From positions 155,512-219,511 of the forward strand of contig NIVC01001945.1 in assembly GCA_002269645.1 (NCBI GenBank): a DNA stretch of 64,000 nucleotides, read 5' to 3'. The stretch's first letter is position 1. Each line of letters opens with the position of its first letter. This DNA is from Macrostomum lignano (lineage: Eukaryota). Shown piece after piece: positions 12,433 to 24,009 of the stretch. Under the pieces are notes generated by a model, which worked only from the letters and a program-made list of their open reading frames with translations, had not been told where the DNA came from and did no database searches. Made by a program: the position numbers and the translations under genes.

Positions 12433-13209
12433 AGTGTTTTTATTTAGCTTTTAATAAAAAATTTTACACTACTACTTTTCAGACACTAATCTACTAATCA
12501 TACACTTAGATTCGAACCCAGGTTGCTGCATTAGCAGTCTGGTCTGTTCAGCTCTAGGCTAGCTCTCATCGAAGTTATCAGTGAATTTGTACCACTTAAA
12601 TAGTTCAACACTCACACAAAGTCAGGTAGAGTAAAAAGTCACGAAGCAGTTATGAGTTATGACATAATCAATTTCTTAGGCAAGTCAGTACCAGTCTCTA
12701 TAAAAGTTAACAATATGGTTACGCAATATAAATTGAGTACTGTGCTATGCTTTCACACTCAACGCTGTGACGCAATTCAATTGAGTGTCTTGTGTATTGT
12801 GATGCAATCTATTTTAGAATCAGAATTCAACCAGTCAGTTTTTCTGCTAGCATTCTTACAATGCATTTCAATGCTTGACCTTTGCAAAAAAGCATGTTTT
12901 TCGAATATTTAATCCCTTTAACATTGAGCAATTTCTTAGCCAAGATGCATGTACCGTCACGGAAAAATTTCTGATCGAACAGTGCAAGTTCGAAGAAAAT
13001 CGGTCCAGCCATTCAGGAGAAAATCGATTTCGTACAAGCAAGCAAGCAAGATTTTCATTTTTAGTATATGGACTAGCAATCTTCGCCCCCCCTTGGGGGG
13101 CATCTGTATAGAATCTCTGTTCTCTACAAGTAACAAAAAGACAGCCAAATAAAGCCTTGACAAAGACAACAGACAAACTGCTCAAATAAAGTGTAATGCA
13201 AAAAGAAAT

Positions 13210-13355
13210 CATCCCAAGACAGCAAGCATCCCCCAGATAGCAAGCATCCCCAAGATTGCAAGCATCCCCCAGATAGCAAGCATCCCCCAGATAGCAAGCA
13301 TCCCCCAGATAGCAAGCATCCCCCAGATAGCAAGCATCCCCAAATAGTAAGCATC
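13210..13355. repeat. 18-bp repeat (CAGATAGCAAGCATCCCC)
   Basis: About 7 near-identical copies. Confidence 0.85.
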
Positions 13356-13444
13356 CACCAGACAATAAGTAGCTAGTGCAACAATTTCCTTAGCTCTATA
13401 GTGGCTCCTTTAAAATTGGCATGACGCTTACTTTTACGTTTGAA

Positions 13445-14372
13445 ATTGTGTATCTTTTATGTTTGACATGGTGGCTTTTTAGTGTTTGACATGATGGCTC
13501 TTTAATGTTCGACATGGTGGCTCTTTAATGTTTGACATGGTGGCTCTTTAATGTTCGACATGGTGGCTCTTTAATTTTTGACATGGTGGCTCTTTAATGT
13601 TTGACATGGAGTCACATATATGTTGGACATGGTGGCTCTTTTATGTTTGACATGGTGGCTCTTTAATGTTTGACCTGGTGGCACCTCAATGTAATGATGG
13701 CTCTTTAATGTTTTACATGGTGGCACTTTCATGTTCGACATGGTGGCTCTATAATCTTCGACATGGTGGCTCTTTAATGTTCGACATGGTGGCTCTTTAA
13801 TGTTAGACATGGTGGCTCTTTAATGTTTGACCTGGTGGCACCTCAATGTAATGATGGCTCTTTAATGTTTTACATGGTGGCACTTTCATGTTCGACATGG
13901 TGGCTCTATAATCTTCGACATGGTGGCTCTTTAATGTTCGACATGGTGGCTCTTTAATGTTAGACATGGTGGCTCTTTAATGTTTGACCTGGTGGCACCT
14001 CAATGTAATGATGGCTCTTTAATGTTTTACATGGTGGCACTTTCATGTTCGACATGGTGGCTCTATAATCTTCGACATGGTGGCTCTTTAATGCTCGACA
14101 TGTTGGTCCTTTTATGCTTGACATGGTGGCTCTTTAATGTTTGACATGGTGGCTTTTTTATTTTTGACATGGTGGCTCTTTTTTAATGTTTGGCATGGTA
14201 GCTCTTTAATGTTCGACATGGTGGCTCTTTAATTTTTGACATGGTGGCTCTTTAATGTTCGACATGGTGGTCCTTTTATGCTTGACATTGTGGCTCTTTA
14301 ATGTTCGACATGGTGGTCCTTTTATGCTTGACATTGTGGCTCTTTAATGTTAGACATGGTGGCTCTTTAATT
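13445..14372. repeat. 23-bp minisatellite (GACATGGTGGCTCTTTAATGTTC) with 157-bp higher-order repeat
   Basis: The variant GACCTGGTGGCACCTCAATG recurs at 13672, 13829 and 13986. Confidence 0.9.
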
Positions 14373-15511
14373 TTTAACGTTTGTTAAACGTTTTTGACGT
14401 TTGTAACGCAAGAATTTTTTGTATTTTTTTGCTAATAAACTTGAAAAGTACAAAGTGAAACTTATGAACATGGCATTAAAAGTACAACCGATATGTCACG
14501 TATACATAGCGTGTGCAATGGCTGCATGTGACCAGATGAGTTCCTTTAATACTCTACGTTAGTCTATAGTCGCAGCCCTCGGATTCGCTCATTCCTGCCC
14601 TCAAATCCATAGTCAGAACAATCAGTTCGGCTCTATTTCCTTAGCCTTTGCGCTTTGCCACAGACTATTCATATTTGTTTCGCCAAAGATTAAGAAATGA
14701 AGTAAGACAAAAGCTTCATTCAGGGCCTTCGCCTTAGTTAAAATTGACATCTTGTGAGTTTCGTATATTATTCAACTTTCAATATATGGAAGACGAAGGC
14801 CCCGTCGCAAGTTGATGCAAATCGTTTTTTATGAGCTTACAGTTCACAGTTGTTACAGGTGACTTGAGATATTTTTGATTTTTGAAAAAAAGACTGTCAC
14901 TCGTAGTTTGCGTAAAAATCCATATACTAAAATTCACTCTAATGTTAAGTTTTTGCGAACCTTGGAAAACTAAAAACAAAATTGTTTCGTCTTTTGCATA
15001 AATTTGCGATATAAAATAAGTAAAGTTTTTACACGAATTATAATGAAATTTCAGGGGAAAAATAAAAGACAAAATTAACTGCTCATCAAAGATTGAATTC
15101 ATTAAAAGCAGTGCAAAAGAAGGTTTGTTTCAAAAGTTACTTTCGGCTAATATGAAATTGCCTTAAAATACAAATTAACTGTAAAGTGCAAATTGACTGT
15201 AAAAATTTATACAATGAATAAAATAAGCCTAATTGAGCTTCAACATAAAGTTCATCAGCTATTAGCTCGTACTCACTGCCATGCAATATCTACGCTTCGT
15301 TAGAAATGAGGTTGGGGCAATAAGTTTCCTGCGATTCTTTTAGGAATGAGAGCTATTGACAGCTATTGCTTTAGAGAATGAGAGCTATTACTTAAGAGCC
15401 ATGGGGAAATAATTATTCTATTTTTCCTTAAAAATAACTGAATATACTTTCTAGCCTTTTGCAATAATAAGGAAAATTATTGCTCACCCCTCATTTTTTA
15501 CGATAAATAAA

Positions 15512-18500
15512 TTAGTCTTCAGTGAGAACTTCTGGAAACACAACGTTTCTGGTCCTTGTTCCCGGAATCCGGACGCGAACATTTGCCGCGTTCTTTGCTC
15601 GTGACAGCGCCGTGTACAGCTGGCCATGCGTGAAGCAACCGACTGACAGGTCAATGCCAACTGTGTCCAGAGACTGTCCCTGCGACTTGTGAATCGTCAG
15701 GCAGAAACTCGGCTTCACAGGGAACTGCAGCCGCTTAAAACTGACGGGGAGGTCCGCATTGCTAGGAATCAGCGGGATTCGCGGCAGAAGAATCTCGTCT
15801 CCCGTGAACTGGCCGGCGGCAATCTTGCATCTAAGCACGTTCTCGCCCATTGCGAGTATGATCAGCCGCGTACCATTGCACAATCGTGGCGGGTTGATGT
15901 TCCTGAGAAGAACTACTGGCATACCCACTTTTAGCCTCAGCAAGTGAATCGGAAAGTTCGGGGCATCCAGCTGGTTGAGCAACTCAGGCGGGAAGTGCGT
16001 AGCGGCATCCTCATCGGCCACACTGTCTATTGAGCGGTACTCCCGCAGGCTGCCGGGGAACATGCCCAGGCACGTCTCGTTGATGGCATCCACTGAGTCA
16101 TTGTACGGCGCCAGGATCGCTCGGCTTGCAAAGTAGCCGTCCCTCTCCACTGAGGCCTCAAACGATGGGTACACAAAATTTATCAGATCATTGAGCGGCG
16201 CCTCCGCAGAAATGATGATCTCAGCAGGAAGAGACACTTTCTCCTCTGCATCCTGCTCAATTGTTCCGGATCCGATCTGGGGGAGTTAAAAGTCAAATAT
16301 TTAAAACGCTAGACAGACTTTAAGCAAGGCATTCTTGAATAAGCCACAATTTTTTAAATGGAGCTCTCAACACGAAAGAAACCGAACATCCTTAAATCTT
16401 CCAATAAATAAACTGATGAAAACAAACTTACCTGCTTGAGTAGCTCGGTGTATCTCAAATACGTTGCAGAATCGGAACTGCTCAGCAATCGGATGTTTCT
16501 TGTAAGGCGATGCCGCCGGAAAAATTTCCACAGTGGGGATCTGCTGACACACGCCATGACGCTGTTGGCTCGAGTCCCATGCACCACAACGGGCAGCAGC
16601 TGGCGAAAGTCCCCAGCGCAAACGAAAACCACTCCGCCGAATGGCACGTCCTGCTTCCGCACGTCTCGCAAGCACCGGTCGACGGCCTCCAAATCCTTCC
16701 GGTTTGTCATAGAAATCTCGTCCCAGACAATTAGACGCACTGTCCGAAATACAGCGGCCTGTTTGGACTGCGCTCCAACAGCGCACACGTCTTTGCTCGA
16801 ACGGATCGCCCGAATTGGTATCTTGAACCTGGCATAGACAAATAGTTTCACCATGCTGAACATATTTACAGCACACGAAATATTTACATGTACAACTGCT
16901 TTTTGAAATATTGACAATAAATTACTCACGTTGAATGCGCCGTCTGTCCACCTGGCAAAAGAGTCGCTGCGATTCCAGAAGCCGCAACGGCGAGGGCGAC
17001 TTCACGCCGGCTGCGCACGAAGGCTAGCAGAACCTCCAGCAGGAAGGTCTTGCCAGTGCCAGCGGGCGCGTCCAGGAAGTGCAAGCCGCTGGTGCCGTCC
17101 ACAAGATTCTGAGTCACGGACTCGTACACCGCTTTCTGCTCATCTGTCAGCATTGGTAAGCGCGCCTCAGTAATCAGTGCTTGCTCAACCGTATCAAACT
17201 GCATTGGTCCATCTTGAGGTGTCACGGAGGCCGCAGGCAGGCCGTACTCTGGCAGGCTTCTCCCGCCCATGGAGATCAGCATGCTCTGAAGCTCACGCAG
17301 CGCCAGGTCAGTAATCTCCTCGGTGCTCAAGTCTCGGTGGTGAAACCGCAGGTCCTCGCTGAGATCCTCGGCAAAACTGCACCAGAGGTCGCTGCCATCC
17401 TCAGGCTCACCCCATATGAGAATTACGGCCAGAAGATGTCTCAGGGCTCTTGGCATTCTTGACTGAACGGCCTCAGCTAGACACCGCCGCCAGTGATCAT
17501 CTCGCTGCAGCAGGCCAAGGGCCATGCAAGCAGCCTTGGCGCTCGGATGCACAACGCCGTCCACGGTCTGCAGCGCCTCGAAGCTAGTCGGTCCCCTAAC
17601 ATTCAAAAGGAGCATTCGAACATAAAATAAATCACCTGCTCTTGGACTCACCGTGTACATGCGTGCAACGTTTTTGTTCCGCACTACACCCGGATGGCCA
17701 TCGACTCGCACACCCTGCTTGGCCCGCCGCCACTCTCTTTCGCTGGAGTGCCACACGAAGTAGGACGGCACCTCCGTGTAGAGCAAGGACCCAGCAAATT
17801 CGTCAATACGGCACAGCTTGAAAAATGCCGTCAACGTCGAATCCTTCGGCGTTCTCGCTTTTGCTCTTGCGGTCCCCTCGTTGAAATACACGAGCTGCTC
17901 TTCCGACTTGTGAACGCAGAGTCGGATGACCGCCGGAAACCTGTTGTGCACCTGATCAGAAAGTGAAAGGAAAATATACAGCCTTTAAGTTTCGATGGAA
18001 ATTCAATTTATACTATGACGAGGTTTCACAGCTCTGGTTAAAATAAGCCAATAATAATTAGAATGCGAATTACTTCAAAGCCCAAGATGGTATTCACGGC
18101 TTCCATTGGACCAATGTAGCGCGCGGACAGGTACTCCTTAATCTCATCACGCCGCGGCTCATTTCGTGTCGTTTGCGTTGGCTGCTGGTTACCCACTGCC
18201 TGCTCTCTCGGTTCAGTAGAATTCCTATTGGCATCGACTTTGAACGTCGCCATGTCGCCACCCTTTAACAGGTACTTGATCACGTACTTGACCGACTTCA
18301 CAGTGGCGCAAACTTCGACGTTCAAGTGGCACGCAAACTGGAGCAACAGGTCAGGGCTGTACGGAACGACCCACCTGTTTTAATGAAAAAATAATATCAT
18401 TAACTTTCAGAAACAAAAGCTGCAATGCACAACTAAGCAATATATTAGCGTTTGAACTCCCCTGTTGTCCATGCGAATGCTCCGGCCTTTGAACAGTTTG

Positions 18501-21500
18501 TCCACTGTAAATCCGCCCATCTCAGGCGATAGTCTGCGGTACAGTGGGTAGCCAGTATCGCTGGTCAGCGTCACCTGCTGGAATTCTTTAGGAAAGCTCT
18601 TGCTGCATTCGCCATTCTCCATGCAAGGGCATGCTGGATTGTCCTTGCCGCAGGGGCCATGGATCATGTGCGTCTTCACCAGCTCATACAGCACGGGCTG
18701 CTGCTCTGGGTCCGGAATCTCGGCAGACACGATGTTATCGTATCGGTCCGGAGTCACTCGCTGACCGCTCACGAGCCACAGCAAAAAGTGCACATGGGGA
18801 AGACCTGGAGCGTCAAAAAAGTAGAAAAAATCACAAATCTTTGTAAATTTAAATTTAATAAATATTAAAAGTTTGATTCTTGCAAGTCAGAATTTATACT
18901 CACCACGCTTCTGGTACTCCAGTGAGCAAACGTGAGCGGTCTCTTTCCCATAGCGCTTGGTCAACTGGGCCAGCAGAGCTTTCTTCTTCATTTCAAAGAC
19001 TCGGCTAACAATGTCGGGCCGGTCTTCTGCCCGCTGTCCAGGCAGCAGCTGGGCGCTGATCTCCGGCCATTTCGGATTGCACGTTGCGGTGACAAACAGG
19101 TCCGGCTTACCGAACTTGTGAACATAGGTCATAGCGTCCTGTAGCCTCTCCATCAGGTACCTTGGCCCGCCAACGAAGCTCGAAGACAGAAGCACATGCG
19201 CGGGCTTGCCTATGTCACTCGGATCTCTGTCGGTAGACCTGCCATCAGCCGCAAACAAAGCGTCCCGCAGACCGCTATACGTCTCGCTGCGCAGGTCCTG
19301 CTGATGGGTCCGCAAATACAGCAGCCTCTCTGCCTCAATCTTGGCACACATGTCCACCAAGTACTGCTGAAATAATCTTCGGCCATAGTGCAGCACACTG
19401 AACTGGCCCGCTCGCACCATGATTTCGCTCGCATAATACTTCATGGGCGTCAATTTCTTGCCATTACTCATCAGCAACTCCGGGTGCCAGCCATCTTCGC
19501 CATTCGGGAACAGCAGCACATACTCCAGCGGGTCGTATGAGCGGTGCGTCTCACTGATTCGCTGGGAACCGCCTCCACGCAGCTGAATCACGACGTCCCG
19601 ACTGGCCGGTGTGTTCTCATTGTCCTCAACGATCAGGATACCGACCTCGTTCGCCGTAGGCAAGTTGTAGCGCCTGATTTCAAACGGATTTTGTGGGATA
19701 CAAAGTCTGTACAAATTGGATAATTGGATACTTTATTACGCAAAATATGTTATTAAAGTGTCTTGCAGACATACCGAATGTGTTCCCCAGATGGTCGACG
19801 GTCAGGGTGAATCACGATTCGCGCATCTCCCAACTCCGGATCTTGGCTGATTCGATGAGCGACTGCCCTCAGGCTGCGGACATAGCCGTTGCACTCGTGA
19901 AGCAGCGTCTGCAGCAGCTCCAGTAGCTCCGGCTTCACCTTCTGGCTGAGACTCTGGCGGCTTTCAAGTTCGCGATCATTGAAATACACTTGCCAGCCAT
20001 GGGGCTCAGCTGAATCTTCTGCAAACAGCGACGCCGTGTTGTGATGCAACTGGCCGCTGATGATGAAGCTGGGACACCAGCCTGGCACCAACCGCAGTTT
20101 GGCACCCAGCGATGTCAGGTGCAGCGCCGAGTTGTAACTTCTAATGTTGGTCAGGAACTCGGCACTCAGTCTGTGCCGCCCCAGGTACAGATCCGCCAGC
20201 ACTTGAGGCACGGTGCGGCTGGGTAGCTTTACCTTGCCTTTGGCGCAGCAGAAATTCCTCGTCTCAGAGCACCAAAGTAATGCACCGCATTGGTCGCATG
20301 CTCTGTCCATTGGGCCACAGTTATGGGCTGGCGCTTCAGGCCTGATAATCCGTTCTGGCCTGTGATTGGAAGGATTAGGATTAGGAAGGATTAATAGCAA
20401 ATAGTTTTCCCGGTTAATCTTTCATTTTACAAAAAAAATATTAGAATAAAACAACTTGAGTTCGATGACAAATAAATTATGATGACCAGTCATACCAATG
20501 ACCTACCTCTCTTGAGCAGGTCTTGCGCCAAAATGACCTGCACTCTGCTGAGTTAGTCTTGGCTCCTCTTCATCTACAATGGGCTCAGAAACTGGAATCG
20601 GATTAGCAAATCGCAATGACTCATAATGCTCATGACGCAAAAGAATTCGGACGATTGCAATCGGTGGCTGCAAAGGGGACATACAGTACTGCAATACACT
20701 GCCATTTTCTTGATAAATTACCAGATCAACATTAAAACAACGGCTTAAAAGCGGAACAACTTCATCAGGCACATATGTGCCTTCAGAAAAAGATGAATCA
20801 ACAATGAAATCAGCATTTTCTGGCAAAACAAAGCCTTGTTCAATCAATTCTGGCATAATCTGCACTACACGGCTCGTCAGCTCGTGTCTTAAAGATGCTG
20901 CATCGGTCTCAAGTGGAGTGCCCTGCAACTGGTCACAGATTGCATGAAAAAAACAGTTCCCATCACCAGGAATTCGAATTATGCGCAACGCATCAAAAGG
21001 TACCACAGACGGTGTGGCCAACTCACTACTATCAAACCTGGAATAGAGGAAATAAAGATTTAGTATATTTGGATTATACACAACTTTATTTGGCGGTTCT
21101 TAGAATAGTGAAGAATATTTTTATGCCATTCTACATTCTTACAAACCAGTCTAAAATGTAATTGCATTATAAACAAAGATTCTTCGAAAACCATTTTCAT
21201 CAGTAAAAAATGCTTAACCGATTCTCATAAATTAATATTGTTATATTAAATACCTATCTCATAGATTTAAGATTCTTCGAAGCCGACTCACACATATAAT
21301 ATTCTTAGAAACAGGCTTCAAAACTTAATATTATTAGAAACCGAATTTATTTTAATTGTAGATTCTATCTAAAATACTTATCTCGTATGTATAATTCCTG
21401 GAAGCCTATCTAAAAAATATGAGAAAAATTGCGTTAAAAGACTTAGAAATGGGCTCTAGTTTTTCAGTATAAGCCTATGTACCAATTAAACAACAACTAC

Positions 21501-22177
21501 AATACAAAATACCCATAAAAGACTAAACATGAACACAACGGGCACATTGATTATTATCATTTAACGGTCACAGAATGTTAAGAATGATCACAGAAATATA
21601 TAATAGCTCAGATTAAGACGTCATCCTACCTGCTAACCGACACTCCTCGACGGCGAATTTGTTCGGCTTCGATTCGAGCTCTTCGTTCATCTTCGGTTTC
21701 TGAAGCGCGTCGCTTCTCTGCACGAATTCTGTCTGCAGATCTACGCTCTTCACGCTGAGCGTCTGTTTCAGTTGCTCTTTGCTCAGCATTCTCCTGTCGG
21801 AGTCTCGTCAGGCGCTCTTCTCGCTGAGCATCGGTTTCACTTGCTCTTCGCTCAGCCTCCTGCTGTCGGAGTCTCGTCAGGCGCTCTTCTCGCTGAGCAT
21901 CGGTTTCACTTGCTCTTCGCTCAGCCTCCTGCTGTCGGAGTCTCGTCAGGCGCTCTTCTCGCTGAGCATCGGTTTCACTTGCTCTTCGCTCAGCCTCCTG
22001 CTGTCGGAGTCTCGTCAGGCGCTCTTCTCGCTGAGCATCGGTTTCACTTGCTCTTCGCTCAGCCTCCTGCTGTTGGAGTCTCATCAGGCGCTCTTCTCGC
22101 TGAACGGCACTCTCTTGCTGACGCTTCTTCTTGGCATCTCTGCTCTTCTTCAATGCGCTGGTGCCACGTCGAGCCAT
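15512..22177 (-). CDS. Helitron RepHel transposase: STPR-like repeats, OTU protease, Zn finger, HUH/Y2 Rep, PIF1-type SF1 helicase; 9 exons, ~1753 aa
   Basis: Exons: 22177-21630, 21037-20507, 20359-19775, 19673-18904, 18804-18462, 18374-18074, 17951-16930, 16828-16432, 16276-15512. Phases are consistent and total 5262 nt. Motifs: GDGNCFF..HYES (OTU); CDQC..FCC; FVTATCNPKW, EYQKRG|LPHVH and KYVIKY (Rep); LDAPAGTGKT, IVWDEISM, GDFRQLLPV and TIHKSQGQSL (helicase). The intron 5 donor is GG, not GT. Confidence 0.92.
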
Positions 22178-23611
22178 ATTGGAATTCGAATTGAAAAATA
22201 AGAATTTTGAGTGATAATGAAAAAATAGTATGGGGGTTGTGTGCGAGAAAAGAGTATGGTATGAAATCTATCATGTCACGCGTTTTAAACTCATCAACCA
22301 CACAACCCCAAAAAGCTGGACACCATTTGTACACTGTCGTCAGACTGTCAGTGTGTACAGCAAGCCTAAATTCTGTCTCCAACACCCGCCTGCTAATTGG
22401 TCAGGACTTTTTTATTATTCAATACTCCCTCTAAAACACCTTGGCCCAGTACTGTAATGAATTTTTAAGCCTAAGGCTAACTCTCCCATGTTAAAGGATT
22501 GAGATAAATTTTCTGAAGGAGGCGCAAATCTCAGTAGCCAATGTACATCTCTGTGGCATTTAATAATAATTCTATTTATCGATGGATGGTATGCACTTTT
22601 TATGATACGACGGTCTTACTAAAACGTACTTTAGCCTATAGATTGGGGGTCTTGAATATCGCATATGAAAATGCAACTCAGGTTTCTTTAGCTTTAGCTT
22701 GCGATGTGAATCGATTAAATATACTCGTACGCTCGTATGTGTTTCACTCTCTCACTCTCCCTCTTTCCAGCTTTTAAAGTTAGTTTGTTAATTGTGCACG
22801 TGAACATTTTATAATATACATCTCTTCTCGCAGTGTACATTTATAATTCTCTAGAGTGGCGACAAAAAATACTAATTTACTGGCGCTGCCTAGTTTAATT
22901 CCAGTCAGAATGGCTCGCAGTAGAAAGTTCTGTTGACCCTTGCAGAAAGGCATGTGTGTTATCGAATATTCGTTTATATTCTATGCTTTACATGAGCTAC
23001 TTATGCTTGAAATGAAACATTTGGTTCTTGGTTCTGGAGTAAGCCTCGACATCTCAGCAATTCCCCGACTAAGCGTTTTACATGACGCTTCTTTTACTCG
23101 TATGTTTAACGCGATCGAGATGAGCACGAAGCAGAGATGAACACGAAGCAGTTATGAGAGTTATGACATAATCAATTTTTCAATCGTTCAGTATCAGTTC
23201 TAATTAAAGTTAACAATATGGTTACGCAGTCTAAATCAGGTCTCGTGCTATGTTTCCACAGAGTGTTTTCAACACTGTGACGCAATTCAAGTCGGAGTTA
23301 CAATTCAGTTGTGATGCAATCTTTATCACAATCGGAATTCAGCCAGTATAGGTTTTTTCTCTAGCATTCTTACAACTCATACAATGCATTCCAGGTCGAA
23401 AGAGCTGCTTGACCTTTGCAAAAAAGCATGTTTTTCGAATATTTAATCCCTTTAATATTGAGCAATTTCTTAGCCAAGATGCATGTACCGTCCCAGGAAA
23501 ATTTCTGATCAAATGGTGCAAGTTTGAAGAAAATCGGTTGAGCCGTTTTTTCTGAAATCTATCGCATAGCTAGATAGATAGATACAGACAACTCATTTTT
23601 AGTATATGGGA

Positions 23612-23770
23612 AGACTCAAATTTAGGAAATTAAAAGGTAGCCTAAGACATTCTCCGTAGTAAATTTAGGGTGGGTGTAAAGTTTGGTGTAATTTGGTTGA
23701 GCGGTTTGGGAGTCCATAGCGATCAAAATTGTCCACACACAGACAGAGTTTTGATTTTTATATGTAGAGA
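23612..23770 (-). mobile_element. Family-1 Helitron copy A, 5' part
   Basis: The minus strand starts TCTCTACATATAAAAATCAAAACTCTGTCTGTG. It matches 27370-27545 and 29909-30087 and is joined directly to the CTTG end of copy B. Confidence 0.8.
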
Positions 23771-24009
23771 CAAGCTGTTGAAACCCGCGGAATTTGAACC
23801 CGGGGAATTCCAATCCCCGGAACTATTTTTGCATGTATTCTGAAATCTGAGCCCATCTGAAACAAAAACTTGTTAATAGTTAGTTAGTAGGATAAAGGTA
23901 AACAAAAATGGAGTACATTCGCATACAATTAGGATGTGAGGCAAACATATTGTTGGCTAGGGGTGCTTTTACTTTAAATAGGCAAGTAATGTCTGTCTGA
24001 CTCTAAAAC

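Larger units (their letters stand above)
7266..13072 (-). mobile_element. Family-2 Helitron unit 1, non-autonomous, satellite-filled
   Basis: 5' end TCCATATACTAAAAATG at 13072; 12640-13072 is homologous to 23140-23611. 3' end is GCCACCCGAAGGGGGCG-CTAG at 7266. Confidence 0.65.
13073..23611 (-). mobile_element. Family-2 Helitron unit 2, autonomous-type (carries RepHel)
   Basis: 5' end TCCCATATACTAAAAATG at 23611. 3' hairpin GCCCCCC-AAG-GGGGGGC about 9 nt before the terminal CTAG (13073-13076). Contains the RepHel gene. Confidence 0.85.

Noticed and set aside
12509-12569. Functional tRNA gene
   Set aside because: Acceptor and anticodon stems do not pair; kept only as a tRNA-like cassette.
13073-23611. 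Classification as a Helentron because of the OTU domain and T|T target
   Set aside because: No endonuclease after the helicase, no subterminal inverted repeats seen, termini are TC/CTAG and the Rep motif reads QKRGLPH.
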